From: a virus
Virus record (IMG/VR): IMGVR_UViG_3300031456_000002
Span: 1-64,000 of that record
Strand: one strand, 5' to 3'
Length of the DNA stretch: 64,000 nt
The position numbers and the translations under genes are program-made. Below are positions 28,837 to 39,428 of the stretch, piece after piece; the stretch's first letter is position 1; the number at the start of each line of letters is the position of its first letter. A model generated the notes under the pieces. That model saw only the letters and a list, made by a program, of their open reading frames with translations, had not been told where the DNA came from and did not search any database.

Positions 28837-29636
28837 ATAAATTATCATTAGTGTTTCCAACACAAGGGAATCCAATCGCATTAAAGCGGACATTAGATAG
28901 CACAAAGAGAGTAGTAGATGAAATTGTAATTGGTTCTGTTTGTGTTTTTCAAGAGGACATTGATTTAATAAATTCATATAAAAATGAGTACAATATAAAA
29001 CTTATTGAACTTCCATTTAATCATGTGTTCCGGGTCGGTTTTTCGGAAACATTAAATCTATTAGCATCTCATGTAACTAATCCTATTGCCATGTATTTGA
29101 ATGTAGGGGAGATTATAGAAAAAGGAGAAGATGGTCTTTTAGAAAAGATGTCGCCCGAATATAATTGTTACTATATAGATCATTCTGTAGAACGGCACAG
29201 ATGGTGGCGCGTATTTTCGCCAACAGAAATGAAATGGTCTGGTGTATTGCATGAAGAAATAGTAGGTAATAATAGGCCGTTCCATAAGCCACTTTTTACT
29301 TTTGGGGACACTAATAAAGACATGGATGATACTTTTAAAGCCCGTGTGTACGATGATATCAAAGAGATACTTTATTTTTCATTGTATAATAAAATAGTGG
29401 ATGAACCTGATAGCCTGGGTGCCACGAATGAAGGATGGGTCAAGTTTGCTACTGAAAACTACGATAGTATGAAGGAGAGATTGTTGAAAAAGGGTAAACG
29501 ATATGAAGCATTTCAAGAAGGTGATTTGCAAAAATATTTGCATGATGTAATGACAAACCCGGAATTTGAAAAGGAAAGGTTTGAAAGTTCTATAAAAATC
29601 GAGTTCCAACAAAACCCCATGTTTTTAAATAAATAA
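28833..29636 (+). CDS. glycosyltransferase family 2-like protein
   Basis: KLSLVFPT...LKRTLDS...VDEIVIG and KWSGVLHEEI. Confidence 0.65.
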   Translation: MNKLSLVFPTQGNPIALKRTLDSTKRVVDEIVIGSVCVFQEDIDLINSYKNEYNIKLIELPFNHVFRVGFSETLNLLASHVTNPIAMYLNVGEIIEKGEDGLLEKMSPEYNCYYIDHSVERHRWWRVFSPTEMKWSGVLHEEIVGNNRPFHKPLFTFGDTNKDMDDTFKARVYDDIKEILYFSLYNKIVDEPDSLGATNEGWVKFATENYDSMKERLLKKGKRYEAFQEGDLQKYLHDVMTNPEFEKERFESSIKIEFQQNPMFLNK

Positions 29637-29639
29637 CAA

Positions 29640-30656
29640 ATGCGATTCAGTATAATTTTCTGCCACTGGAAAACGGGCCCAATGTCAGCTTACACGGTTG
29701 CTCAAATATTAAAGTATAAAGGCAATCATGAAATCGAAATTTTAATCTGCGACAATAATGCAGGAGATGGAAGTATAAAATATCTTGAACCATTTAAAGA
29801 TGCAGTAAAGATATTCGACTACCCAAAAGATAAGCTGCAATCCCACGGTATCGGGTACGATGTTCTCTTTGAATTAGCACAGAATGAGTGGGTGATATGT
29901 TTGGAGAGCGACAGTTATCCCGTTAGGGATGGATTCTTAGACTACTATGTACGATTGATTAATCAAGGATACGATGGAGCTGTTTCCGTTCTTTCATTGA
30001 GTGGCGGCATTTACGGTCATCCAGCAGGAGGATTGTATAAGCGCAGCATTTGGGTAGAAGCATGGAAATATAGTAAAGAAATTGAGTATTATTATTTCCC
30101 GAACATGGGGATGAAAGATACGTTCGCTTGTCACATCATGGTGCATAAAAGTATAGTAAATGATTTCTTAGCCGAACCAGAAAACTATATTGAATTAGCC
30201 GATAATTATAAACCATACTATCCACAAAAGGCAGAACAAAAGGCTGCACATTATATGCCTACAGTCGGGCCAATGCATAATGGGATGGGGCGTTTGCAGG
30301 AATCATTAAAGACGTATGGTACCCGTAATCCAGAAAGTGAAATCCCTAATATCATATTAGATAATAGAGCAAAAATAATATACAGGATTGGCATGGAGCC
30401 GGGGCAACATCATTATTATTGGATGTTGGCGAAAGGGTATAAAATCTTTGGTATTCCCACCGAAGTTAAATGGCTGGAAGGGAAAGAAAATCAACAGCAA
30501 GAATATACGCTAAGTGCAGCTAGAATTAAGCACATTTGGGGAGTATCAGCCTATCATGGAACAGATTTAAACGATGGAGATGTAGCTAAGATCAAACAAA
30601 CTCTCCCTGAAACTTTGTACGAAACATTACCTGAACATCAAAAAATAAAAATTTAA
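29640..30656 (+). CDS. glycosyltransferase family 2 protein
   Basis: FSIIF, EILICDNNAGDGS, SHGIGYD and ICLESDSYP (DxD-like). Confidence 0.75.
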   Translation: MRFSIIFCHWKTGPMSAYTVAQILKYKGNHEIEILICDNNAGDGSIKYLEPFKDAVKIFDYPKDKLQSHGIGYDVLFELAQNEWVICLESDSYPVRDGFLDYYVRLINQGYDGAVSVLSLSGGIYGHPAGGLYKRSIWVEAWKYSKEIEYYYFPNMGMKDTFACHIMVHKSIVNDFLAEPENYIELADNYKPYYPQKAEQKAAHYMPTVGPMHNGMGRLQESLKTYGTRNPESEIPNIILDNRAKIIYRIGMEPGQHHYYWMLAKGYKIFGIPTEVKWLEGKENQQQEYTLSAARIKHIWGVSAYHGTDLNDGDVAKIKQTLPETLYETLPEHQKIKI

Positions 30657-30952
30657 TGGAAGTAAAAAGTTATAGTGTTTATGGTATTCCCCCTCCGTCG
30701 AGAGAAGAAATTATTATCATGCAGCATAGGCTGTTTATGTATCTGGAAGCATTAATCAGAGCAGAACGATTGAACCCAGAAAGAGATTATGAAGGAACGA
30801 GAGAAGTGGGATTATTGAAGCGTATCGCTACGTCTGATACTACGGTAGAGCAAAGAATGACTCTTACTCTTTTGCTTTTGGGAAATGAACCACAAGAAAC
30901 AGAAGATGATGAAGATATAGAAGACTTCGAAGATGAAGCCGGGGAAGAATAA
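30656..30952 (+). CDS. hypothetical protein with acidic tail
   Basis: 98-aa ORF. Confidence 0.55.
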   Translation: MEVKSYSVYGIPPPSREEIIIMQHRLFMYLEALIRAERLNPERDYEGTREVGLLKRIATSDTTVEQRMTLTLLLLGNEPQETEDDEDIEDFEDEAGEE

Positions 30953-30975
30953 TTAAAACAATAAAATAAAAATAG

Positions 30976-31791
30976 ATGGAAATAAAAAACAGCTTTCTGC
31001 ATTCAGGAAATTCCGGAGATTGCGTTGGGGCAGTCCCAGCTATGAGAGAATTTTATCGTAAAACAGGAATTAAGCCAATTCTTTATCTTAGAAAAAACGT
31101 AGAAGCGTGGTATTATGATGGAGCCGTTCATCCCGTTAAAAACCCAGAAACCGGGAAAAATGTGATGCTAAATGATGCCATGATTGCGATGCTTACTCCT
31201 TTATTAAAAGCGCAGCCGTTCTTTGAAGATGTAAAAACATGGGTAGATGAAGAGATAGGTTGCGATTTAGACCAAATCAGAGAAACATATGTGGGCCTTC
31301 CTGGATTGAGTTTGAATCGCTGGTATTTCTATGTATATCCAGACTTAGCCTGTGACCTTTCAAAGCCTTGGTTGGAAGTACCGGATGCAGAGAAGGATTT
31401 CGCCAACGGTAAAGTTATCATTACCCGGACAGAGCGCTACACGAATCCGCATATTGATTACTCCTTTCTGAAGCCATTTGAGGATGAATTGGTATTTAGC
31501 GGAACAATGAGGGAGTACAATGTATTCTGCATGACCTACGACCTGAATATTAAAAAGCTAACCATAACCAACTTTTTGGAATTAGCACAGGCCATAAAAC
31601 AAAGTCGGTTTCATATTACGAACCAAACCATGGCCAACCAAATTTCACAAGGAATTTTTCATCCTTCTATATTGGAGGTGTGTGGCTTTGCTCCTAACTG
31701 CATTCAGATAGGGGAAGATCGTTATGACTTCATGGCGCAGGAAGGGTTAAAATACTATTTTGATTTATTGTACAAAAAAACCGCTCAATAG
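30976..31791 (+). CDS. GT-B/GT9 (heptosyltransferase-like) glycosyltransferase
   Basis: FLHSGNSGDCV N-terminus and NFLELAQAIKQSRFHITNQT C-terminal motif. Confidence 0.65.
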   Translation: MEIKNSFLHSGNSGDCVGAVPAMREFYRKTGIKPILYLRKNVEAWYYDGAVHPVKNPETGKNVMLNDAMIAMLTPLLKAQPFFEDVKTWVDEEIGCDLDQIRETYVGLPGLSLNRWYFYVYPDLACDLSKPWLEVPDAEKDFANGKVIITRTERYTNPHIDYSFLKPFEDELVFSGTMREYNVFCMTYDLNIKKLTITNFLELAQAIKQSRFHITNQTMANQISQGIFHPSILEVCGFAPNCIQIGEDRYDFMAQEGLKYYFDLLYKKTAQ

Positions 31792-31804
31792 TAGAGCGGT
31801 TTTT
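31774..31804. terminator. bidirectional intrinsic terminator
   Basis: A7-CCGCTC-AATAGTA-GAGCGG-T5 between convergent genes. Confidence 0.8.
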
Positions 31805-31831
31805 GTTATATCAAATACACATAATGAAATT

Positions 31832-32089
31832 TTAACCCATCAAGGTGGCAATTTGGGCTACCGTTTCAGCTACATAGTATGCGGTACCAGCAGAGTTTGC
31901 GGCGGCACTGGAAGGAACTCGAATCAGGCCATAAACATTATAACCTGAACTAAGGCTCCTTTGTGGGGAGTTGGAGCAATCCTCAACCAAGACTAGGCCA
32001 GCAGTAGGAAAGCCTATCTTTTTCGGCTGATCCCTATCCAGTACACGTGCATCAATCTGGTACACGTTTACGAAAAATACATTTGCCAT
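31832..32089 (-). CDS. hypothetical, possibly a small virion protein
   Basis: A/V/S/G-rich 85-aa ORF ending YYVAETVAQIATLMG. Confidence 0.5.
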   Translation of the reverse strand: MANVFFVNVYQIDARVLDRDQPKKIGFPTAGLVLVEDCSNSPQRSLSSGYNVYGLIRVPSSAAANSAGTAYYVAETVAQIATLMG

Positions 32090-32141
32090 TGTTACAAAAT
32101 TTTGAGATGTTCAATATATTGACCAGTAAAATTGAAGTTAA

Positions 32142-32173
32142 TTTGGGGCAATTGAATGGGTTGCATATATTTG
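32142..32173 (+). promoter_or_regulatory. Bacteroidota sigma-A promoter
   Basis: TTTG(32142-32145)-N20-TATATTTG(32166-32173). Confidence 0.7.
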
Positions 32174-32197
32174 GGGACATAGAAGGGTGATGGAATA

Positions 32198-32371
32198 ATG
32201 GCTAAAAAAGAGAAAAAAAGCAAATCTCCCGATTCAATGGAGGAAATAAGGTTCACTCTAAGTGTGTGGCATCATGAGAAATTGAAGGCATGGGCCAAAG
32301 AAAATGGAATGTCAGTAAGGGCCGCTATCAGGTATTTAATCAATCAATTCTTTAAAGGAACATCATATTAG
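32198..32371 (+). CDS. 57-aa CopG-like ribbon-helix-helix protein (not in the ORF track)
   Basis: EIRFTLSVWHHEKLKAWAKENGMSVRAAIRYLI. Confidence 0.65.
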   Translation: MAKKEKKSKSPDSMEEIRFTLSVWHHEKLKAWAKENGMSVRAAIRYLINQFFKGTSY

Positions 32372-32376
32372 TATTT

Positions 32377-33945
32377 ATGAACAAGAAGACGCTTTATGGA
32401 GCCGAAGCAAGGGCTAAGTTATTGTCAGGAGTTAAGAAAATCGCAGCAGCGGTCAAGGTGACCTTAGGCCCGATGGGTCGGAACGTTCTTATATCGCAAA
32501 GCATGGTTATTGATTATGGGGTGCATAATCTTCCCATCCATGTTACGAAAGACGGATATACGACTACTAGGGCGTTTGAGATCAATGATGATCCTTTTGA
32601 ACAAGCTGGCGTGTTAATGATAAAAGAAGCGGCTCAGAAATCAGTAGATCAGGCTGGTGACGGCACAACAACAACAGTGGTGTTAGCTGAGGCTATTGTT
32701 GAAAAGGCAATCGAAGCCATTGTCGCAGGAGGTAATCCAGTCGAGTTGAAGCGCAGTATTGATAAGGGGGTGCAGGAGGTAGTAGAACAGCTTAAGGGAA
32801 TGGCCATTCCTATTAAAGGGAATATTGATCGTATCCGACAAATCGCGACCATTTCGGCTAACAACGATTCGGCAATGGGGGAATTAATAGCAGATGCCTT
32901 TAGTAAAATAGGAGAAGAAGGGGTTATTGATCTTGAAAAAGGGCAATCAGTGAATACAGAAATAAGAATTGCCGATGGCTACAAATGGGATCAAAGTTGG
33001 GTAAGTCCTTATTTCATTAATAATAAGGAGAAGCAAATATGCGAATTCGAAAACCCTATTATTCTATTGTATGATAAAATGATAAAACATCATACTCAGA
33101 TTATAAGAGCCCTGGAGTTGATTCAGAAAAGCGGCAGACCGCTATTGATAGTTTGCGAAGATTCTATTGAAGAAGGGTTATCAACATTAGCGGTTAATAA
33201 TCTACAAGGACGATTCAAGATATGTGTAGTAAAATCCCCCGAGTTCAATGAAAAAAGAAGAGAAGCGATGGAGGATATTGCATTGATTACCGGCGCTACC
33301 TATATCAGCGATACGAAAGGCATTGATATAAAGGAAATGGAATTCGACCATTTTGGGCATGCAAAGAAGGTATTGGTAACGAAAGAAGAAACTGTTATTA
33401 TCGGAGGCGCGGGGAATAAGGAGGACTTGGAAAACCTTCTGAATGAACTGAAGATAAATATGGTTCAAGCAAAGAATGAAGACGAAAGTGCGCCTATCGA
33501 AAGAAGGATAGCGAAGTTAACAGGGGGAGTAGCTGTTATTTCAGTTGGAGCGGCTACGGAAACTGAAATGAAAGAGAAACTGGATAGATTTGATGATGCC
33601 GTAAGGGCTGTTAAAGCTGCATTGAGTGAAGGATTTATCGTTGGTGGCGGCACAGCCTTTTTACGGGTAAAAACTTCAAGTGATATAATAAATAGCATAC
33701 TTCGTATTCCTCTATGGCAAATTTGTAGCAACGCTGGCAAAGAAAGTTCCGCTGATCGTATTATACATGATGTAGAATCTTTCAAAAACAATGTTGGGTA
33801 TAACGCCAAAACTGATCAAATCGTAGACTTGATTGATGCTGGGGTTATTGACCCGGCTAAAGTGTTGAGATGTGCTATTACTAATGCAGCTTCGAGCGCA
33901 GGTATGATCATTACGACTGAGGCTCTTATTTGTGACACTATGTAA
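32377..33945 (+). CDS. groEL: chaperonin GroEL
   Basis: VKVTLGPMGRNV, VTKDG, AGDGTTT, AKLTGGVAVI and GVIDPAKV. Confidence 0.95.
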   Translation: MNKKTLYGAEARAKLLSGVKKIAAAVKVTLGPMGRNVLISQSMVIDYGVHNLPIHVTKDGYTTTRAFEINDDPFEQAGVLMIKEAAQKSVDQAGDGTTTTVVLAEAIVEKAIEAIVAGGNPVELKRSIDKGVQEVVEQLKGMAIPIKGNIDRIRQIATISANNDSAMGELIADAFSKIGEEGVIDLEKGQSVNTEIRIADGYKWDQSWVSPYFINNKEKQICEFENPIILLYDKMIKHHTQIIRALELIQKSGRPLLIVCEDSIEEGLSTLAVNNLQGRFKICVVKSPEFNEKRREAMEDIALITGATYISDTKGIDIKEMEFDHFGHAKKVLVTKEETVIIGGAGNKEDLENLLNELKINMVQAKNEDESAPIERRIAKLTGGVAVISVGAATETEMKEKLDRFDDAVRAVKAALSEGFIVGGGTAFLRVKTSSDIINSILRIPLWQICSNAGKESSADRIIHDVESFKNNVGYNAKTDQIVDLIDAGVIDPAKVLRCAITNAASSAGMIITTEALICDTM

Positions 33946-33954
33946 TTTAAAATT

Positions 33955-34221
33955 ATGCCAATTCAAGCAACCAATAATTTTGTATTTGTAACGAGAGAAA
34001 AGGCTGAATCCGAAAAGTCTGGTATTTATATTCCAGATCAAGGCCGTGAAAAGCCAAACGAGGGAATAATTGTTACTATTGGAGATTTAGTGCAGGATAA
34101 AAAAGTAAAGGCGTCTAAAAATAAGAAATGTCTTTTTTTTAAAGGGGCTGGCTTTACTGTGCCATATCAAGGAGTGGAATACTTGGTATTAACTTCTGAT
34201 CAAATTATTGCCATTCTATGA
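33955..34221 (+). CDS. groES: co-chaperonin GroES
   Basis: SEKSGIYIPD...EKPNEGIIVTIG...GVEYLVLTSDQIIAIL, directly after groEL. Confidence 0.85.
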   Translation: MPIQATNNFVFVTREKAESEKSGIYIPDQGREKPNEGIIVTIGDLVQDKKVKASKNKKCLFFKGAGFTVPYQGVEYLVLTSDQIIAIL

Positions 34222-34763
34222 GTTATCCTGTCAACGGTAAGATTCTTGTATCAGTGAATATGAAGCAGAAGGATGAAGCTATCATTGCGGGTATAAAGAT
34301 CAAGATGGGGATCAAGTTCGATAATAATCATCGGGAGAAGTCGCCAGTAATAGCCAGAGTTGAACAGGATAATGGTTATTTGAAAGTGGGAGAATTAATA
34401 ATATGCCACCACAATCATTATTATCACCCATCGCCATACTTCTTGTATGAGTGCTATTATAGCATCCCGGTTAACCATACCATTTTTGCCATCTTGCATG
34501 AAGATGGCTCCCTCACGCCAGCCTATGGCAATATTTTAGGAGAAAAGATTGATATTGAATCTTCTATACTGCTACCAGTTGACCAGCGGAAGAAATACAC
34601 CGATCGAATAAAAATAACCCAAAGCAGTAATCCTAATTATCGGGAAGGGCAGGTCATATTCACGCGCCCTTCAGCTCCCTATGATATTGTTTATAACTTC
34701 GGCAGTATTATAAAAAGAGTCACAAAAGTCTGGGATGAAATGGTTTGCGGGGTGTTAAAATAA
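34218..34763 (+). CDS. tandem GroES-like protein
   Basis: PVNGKILVS...LKVGELIICHHN and a second half with SSILLP...GQVIF. It is about twice GroES length and follows groES. Confidence 0.45.
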   Translation: MSYPVNGKILVSVNMKQKDEAIIAGIKIKMGIKFDNNHREKSPVIARVEQDNGYLKVGELIICHHNHYYHPSPYFLYECYYSIPVNHTIFAILHEDGSLTPAYGNILGEKIDIESSILLPVDQRKKYTDRIKITQSSNPNYREGQVIFTRPSAPYDIVYNFGSIIKRVTKVWDEMVCGVLK

Positions 34764-34795
34764 AAAATCCTTATTTTTAGTAAAATTTTACTATA

Positions 34796-37300
34796 ATGCC
34801 GGAAATATATCAATCCAATCAAAACCAACCCTCTTTCTCTGATCCTTTGCTCAATAGACTGTTCTTGTCACCGGCTGAAAAAAAGGACAAAGAGCGTGGC
34901 AAGAAAATGGTAAAAGAGTTCTATCAGCTTCAAACAAATTCAAGCGCCTCAACAAATTATTTCCGACTTCGCAACCTCAAGTGGACTGAACTTTTGCTCT
35001 GGTGCAAGGGTAGTCAAGCAATGACAGAGTTTCTTGATTACATGAATATAGAGTCGGCAAACAAATCGTTTGTGAATATTGATTACACACAGAGCCGTAT
35101 AGCCGCACAATTCATGGGTACTTTAATCGAGAGCATGGCAAAGAATAAATCGTATCCCTGTGTCACTGCAATCGATGATGGTTCGGTTAGTGAGAAAGAA
35201 GATAGATTATTTGATGCGTTATATAGAATGCATGATGTAGAGGTTATCAATGATATTCAACAGAAATCGGGGGTAATGGTAGAACCTCCAAATGCATTTG
35301 TCCCTGATGATGAAATGTCTGCGAGAGTGTACTTTGAGTTGGAGGATAGGTTACCGAAGGAAATACGATTCGAGAAGTTATTGAACGCTACACAGGCTGC
35401 TATTAAGTTTGAGCGGGTATTGAATCGGAAAACGCTGTTTGATTTAACAGTATTGAATTTCGGTGCTACGAAGATTGAAAAATGTGGCCCCAAAGAATAT
35501 ACGGTAAGAAAATGTATTCCCACTAATATGGTATTCAATTTCTTTTTAAATGATACTAGTGAGCATGAAGTAGATATGGTGGGCGAGTTCTACAACCTGA
35601 AAGTAAAAGATGCTCGTTATAAAATACCAGGCATTACTGAGAAAGAATTATTTAACCTAGCAAAGTTTTCAACTACTAAAAATATCGGAACGTTCAATTA
35701 TATGTGGAATGATAATTGGGCGTTAACTACATTTAATCAGAATAGGCCATATGATGATTGTTCTATTCTGGTTTTTGATTGCGAAATAAATTGCGGGGAG
35801 GATATTTATTATGTCGAAAAACCCGATACGTTCGGCAGGATGAATATCGAAAAGAAAAATGGCATTCCCTATCAGCAAACAAAGAAAGACGGTACTGTCA
35901 TCGAGCAGGACAAGCCAGAAGATGTTGAAATAATCAAGCGCAAAAAGAATACGTGGATGCGTGGCATCTACGCTCCTTATGGAGATATGATGCTTTACTG
36001 GGGGGCTCCTGATTTAATTATCACTCCTTACACCAATACAGCAAAGCCGCTTTCTTCTTATAGCATTAACATTCCTAATAACGATGGTGAATATGTGCCT
36101 TCTCTTTTTGAAAGGGGAATGGAAGTTTTGCGGGAGTTGCAGTTAACCAAATTAAAAAGAAAGCAATTAATAGCTAAGATCAAACCGTCCGGTATTCGTA
36201 TTGATGTTGAAAGCGCCCGTAATCTTGATTTAGGAAGCGGAGATACAATCCCATGGGAAGAAGTAGTACGCATCTACGATCAAACCGGTAATGAGCTTTG
36301 GAGTAGCAAAGGGGTAGACCCATTGCAACGGGAAGCGCCACCATTAAGTAATACAGTTCGAGACGAAAGCATAGATAAGGTTATCGGCCTTACAAGTATA
36401 ATAGCCAGCATGGTGCTGGAGCTTCGCCAATTATGGGGGGTGCCTCAGTACCGGGATGGAAGCGATGTGGGAGATAGAACACCTGCAAAATTAGCAGAAG
36501 GACAAAACCAAAGTTCATTCAATGTTACTGATTTCATTCTTAATGGGAACAACCAACTTTGGGAAGAAACGTTTTACAAATTATGTTTACTCCATTGGAA
36601 TGATATAGCAAAAGAAGAACCAGAATCTGAAAACGACATGCTGAATACTCGGTTTGATATTCGGGTAAAAACCAAATCAACAGAATACGAAAGAGAAAGA
36701 TTAGAGGCTGACATTCAGCGATTCAGCCAAATGCCAGATGCACAAGGCAACCCATCCATTACATTGAAGGACGCAATGATGATCCGGGAAATAATGGATG
36801 AATACAATTACAAATTAGCTACATGGTATTTAACAACTACCTATGATAAGAACCGGAAAAACGCAATGGAGGAAAGCGCTAAGTTGCAGACCCAAAACCA
36901 GCAGTTACAGGGGCAAGTAGCACAGGAATCGGCTAAGAAGGCAATGGAATTACAGTTGCAGAAAATAGAAGCCGAAAAAGAATTAGCGGAGCACAAAGCG
37001 CTTCAAGATATGAAAGTAGAATTGATTCGGGGATCGTTCACTATTGCGGCCAAAGCAGAAAACCCACAAATGCCGGCATGGTTGAATACGGTAATAGGTC
37101 AATTAATACCCAACATAGTTGTTCCTATTGCGCAAGAAAATAAAGATATGGCCGAAGAGGTTGCAGCACAAGAACAACAAGAACAACAAGAAGCTCAACA
37201 AGCCAAAATGCAAGATCAATTAGCGCAATTGCCTCCTGAGCAGCAACAGGCGGCGATGGAACAGATGCAACAACAAGGACAATCAGAACAAATGCAGTAG
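34796..37300 (+). CDS. portal protein
   Basis: 834 aa, LRQLWGVPQYRDGS motif, Q-rich C-terminal coiled coil, next to the terminase gene. Confidence 0.8.
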   Translation: MPEIYQSNQNQPSFSDPLLNRLFLSPAEKKDKERGKKMVKEFYQLQTNSSASTNYFRLRNLKWTELLLWCKGSQAMTEFLDYMNIESANKSFVNIDYTQSRIAAQFMGTLIESMAKNKSYPCVTAIDDGSVSEKEDRLFDALYRMHDVEVINDIQQKSGVMVEPPNAFVPDDEMSARVYFELEDRLPKEIRFEKLLNATQAAIKFERVLNRKTLFDLTVLNFGATKIEKCGPKEYTVRKCIPTNMVFNFFLNDTSEHEVDMVGEFYNLKVKDARYKIPGITEKELFNLAKFSTTKNIGTFNYMWNDNWALTTFNQNRPYDDCSILVFDCEINCGEDIYYVEKPDTFGRMNIEKKNGIPYQQTKKDGTVIEQDKPEDVEIIKRKKNTWMRGIYAPYGDMMLYWGAPDLIITPYTNTAKPLSSYSINIPNNDGEYVPSLFERGMEVLRELQLTKLKRKQLIAKIKPSGIRIDVESARNLDLGSGDTIPWEEVVRIYDQTGNELWSSKGVDPLQREAPPLSNTVRDESIDKVIGLTSIIASMVLELRQLWGVPQYRDGSDVGDRTPAKLAEGQNQSSFNVTDFILNGNNQLWEETFYKLCLLHWNDIAKEEPESENDMLNTRFDIRVKTKSTEYERERLEADIQRFSQMPDAQGNPSITLKDAMMIREIMDEYNYKLATWYLTTTYDKNRKNAMEESAKLQTQNQQLQGQVAQESAKKAMELQLQKIEAEKELAEHKALQDMKVELIRGSFTIAAKAENPQMPAWLNTVIGQLIPNIVVPIAQENKDMAEEVAAQEQQEQQEAQQAKMQDQLAQLPPEQQQAAMEQMQQQGQSEQMQ

Positions 37301-37301
37301 T

Positions 37302-39428
37302 ATGGGAGAGGTATTGATTCAGGGGATTTTATGCAAGCATCGGGATTTAGGTAAATCTTCAGTGACGGAAGATGGCGAATTAATCGAGGGAGAAGATATA
37401 CTGTTTTCGGATTTACCACAGGATGAACAATATTTCAGAAAGACCGAACACCCTTTTAATGATGACGACCTAGTTGCTATTGCTAACAGAGAACTAGCTT
37501 ATCAGGGATTTACCAAAATTCAAAAACAATGGTTAGATAGAGAGAATAAGAGATTTGAAGAAGGAGTGTATTGTTATATTGACGGCATTCTTACTTACAT
37601 CCCAGGCCCTTATTATTGTTACGTAAATTATTGGACGCTTGAGCATGGGGAGAAACCAGAATATCGGGAAGATGATAGACTTTTCTTTTTATTCCATGAA
37701 TATTTACGGTTAGAGACAATTATACTAGCGCTTACCCGACTTAAAGGCCGCCGCCAAGGAGCCACTTCTATTGGCATGTTTTTCATGTGGTTTATTGCCG
37801 GCAAAAAAGAGCATAAATTATGCGGGACAACCTCATTCAATGATGGTGCTGCACAAGATAATTTCCAGAAAATGTTTATGTATGGATTCAAGGCTCTCCT
37901 CCCTTGTTTCCAAGCTGATTTTGATAGCGATAGCGATAATTTTATTCGTTTTGTAAAGCCGGTAGAGAAAAAGAAAAAAGGTGTTCTTGCAGTTAAACGC
38001 GAAGGATTAAATAGTTATTGTGATTATAAGTCGAATGTAATAAGTTCGTATGATAGTGGCCGTCAGTCATATAACGTTCCGGACGAAGGAGGAAAGAGAA
38101 GTAAATTAAATATAAACTCTTATTGGTCGCGATTATATAAGACATTCCTTATAGGTAAAAATAAAGTAGGATTTGGATACTTGCCTACTACGGTTGGGGC
38201 TAAGAAAGAAGGCGGCGAACATTACAAGTTATTTTACGAAAACTCTAATCAGCATAAAATTGATAAAGAAACTGGGGAGCCAGTTGGATTAAATACTCCC
38301 AATAGATGCGTTCGATATTTTGTCCCAGCAACACATTGTTATGCCGGGTGTATTGATAAATTTGGCAGAAGCGTAGTTGATGACCCTAAGGAGCCGATTA
38401 TGGGGAATGATGGGAAGTGGATAACAGAAGGATCGAGAACTATTCTGCTAAGGGAGCGAAAGGTAATTGAAGATAATATCCAAGCCGGGATAGGGGATAT
38501 GGAACAGCTTATGGAGCATAGGCGAGATTATCCCCTTGATGAATGGGATGCCTTTGCATTTGAGGCCGGGACTTGCGAGTTTAACGAAGAGAATTTTAAA
38601 AATCAAATCAAATTCTTAGAAGATAATCCGCAGGCAGCATTTTGGCGGCGAGGTAGATGGGATGATAATTATGATAAAGAAAAGAAAAAGATTATTGTAA
38701 AGTGGATAGATGATCCGAAAGGGGAGTGCTGGATTGAGGAATTTGCAGAAGAGGATAATTTATATGCAGATTTCAATGGGACAATAGAGCCATTAAATGA
38801 AATAATGTATAGCATAGGCGCTGATACTTATAAAAACATATTTGCCGATGGGGGCTCAGATGGCGCTATCTCGGTAATGAAAAAATCATGCATCATAGAT
38901 GGGAAGGAAACAGGGCTAAAGCCTGTGTTTTTCTTTGTAGGGAGACCAAAATTAATTAAACAGTTCAATAGGCAAATGTTCCTAACATGTCTGTATTTTG
39001 GTGCTAAAGTGAATGTTGAGAGAGATGCTGGTACATGGTTTTATGAGGATTTTTTAGAATGGGATGCTTTGCAATTGCTAGAATGGAGTCCGGCCGTGGA
39101 TATAACTAAGCCTAATCGTAAAATATTACCAGGCACCGAATCAGCAAATCCTTTTGAATTGGCCAAACAGTTAGAAGTATTAAAATTATATTATGATGGG
39201 AATAGTGCTATTTCATATAATGGCAATGTACATAGAGTAACTTATTTGCCATTGCTTAAAGACAGCTATGCATATAATCACGCAGAACGCACACCTTACC
39301 ATTTGTCGGTCAGTCTGGCAATGGCTTTACTTCCAATGTTAGGAAGACCACGTCCCCGTGGCGGTGAAAGGCCAAACGCAAAGCCTAAGTTTATTATGCC
39401 ACAAAAGAAAATTAAACTTCCTTCTTAG
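37302..39428 (+). CDS. terL: terminase large subunit
   Basis: LKGRRQGAT (Walker A), VPDEGGK (Walker B), YPL...AF, RNase H-like IGADTY...SDGA and VNVE. Confidence 0.85.
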   Translation: MGEVLIQGILCKHRDLGKSSVTEDGELIEGEDILFSDLPQDEQYFRKTEHPFNDDDLVAIANRELAYQGFTKIQKQWLDRENKRFEEGVYCYIDGILTYIPGPYYCYVNYWTLEHGEKPEYREDDRLFFLFHEYLRLETIILALTRLKGRRQGATSIGMFFMWFIAGKKEHKLCGTTSFNDGAAQDNFQKMFMYGFKALLPCFQADFDSDSDNFIRFVKPVEKKKKGVLAVKREGLNSYCDYKSNVISSYDSGRQSYNVPDEGGKRSKLNINSYWSRLYKTFLIGKNKVGFGYLPTTVGAKKEGGEHYKLFYENSNQHKIDKETGEPVGLNTPNRCVRYFVPATHCYAGCIDKFGRSVVDDPKEPIMGNDGKWITEGSRTILLRERKVIEDNIQAGIGDMEQLMEHRRDYPLDEWDAFAFEAGTCEFNEENFKNQIKFLEDNPQAAFWRRGRWDDNYDKEKKKIIVKWIDDPKGECWIEEFAEEDNLYADFNGTIEPLNEIMYSIGADTYKNIFADGGSDGAISVMKKSCIIDGKETGLKPVFFFVGRPKLIKQFNRQMFLTCLYFGAKVNVERDAGTWFYEDFLEWDALQLLEWSPAVDITKPNRKILPGTESANPFELAKQLEVLKLYYDGNSAISYNGNVHRVTYLPLLKDSYAYNHAERTPYHLSVSLAMALLPMLGRPRPRGGERPNAKPKFIMPQKKIKLPS

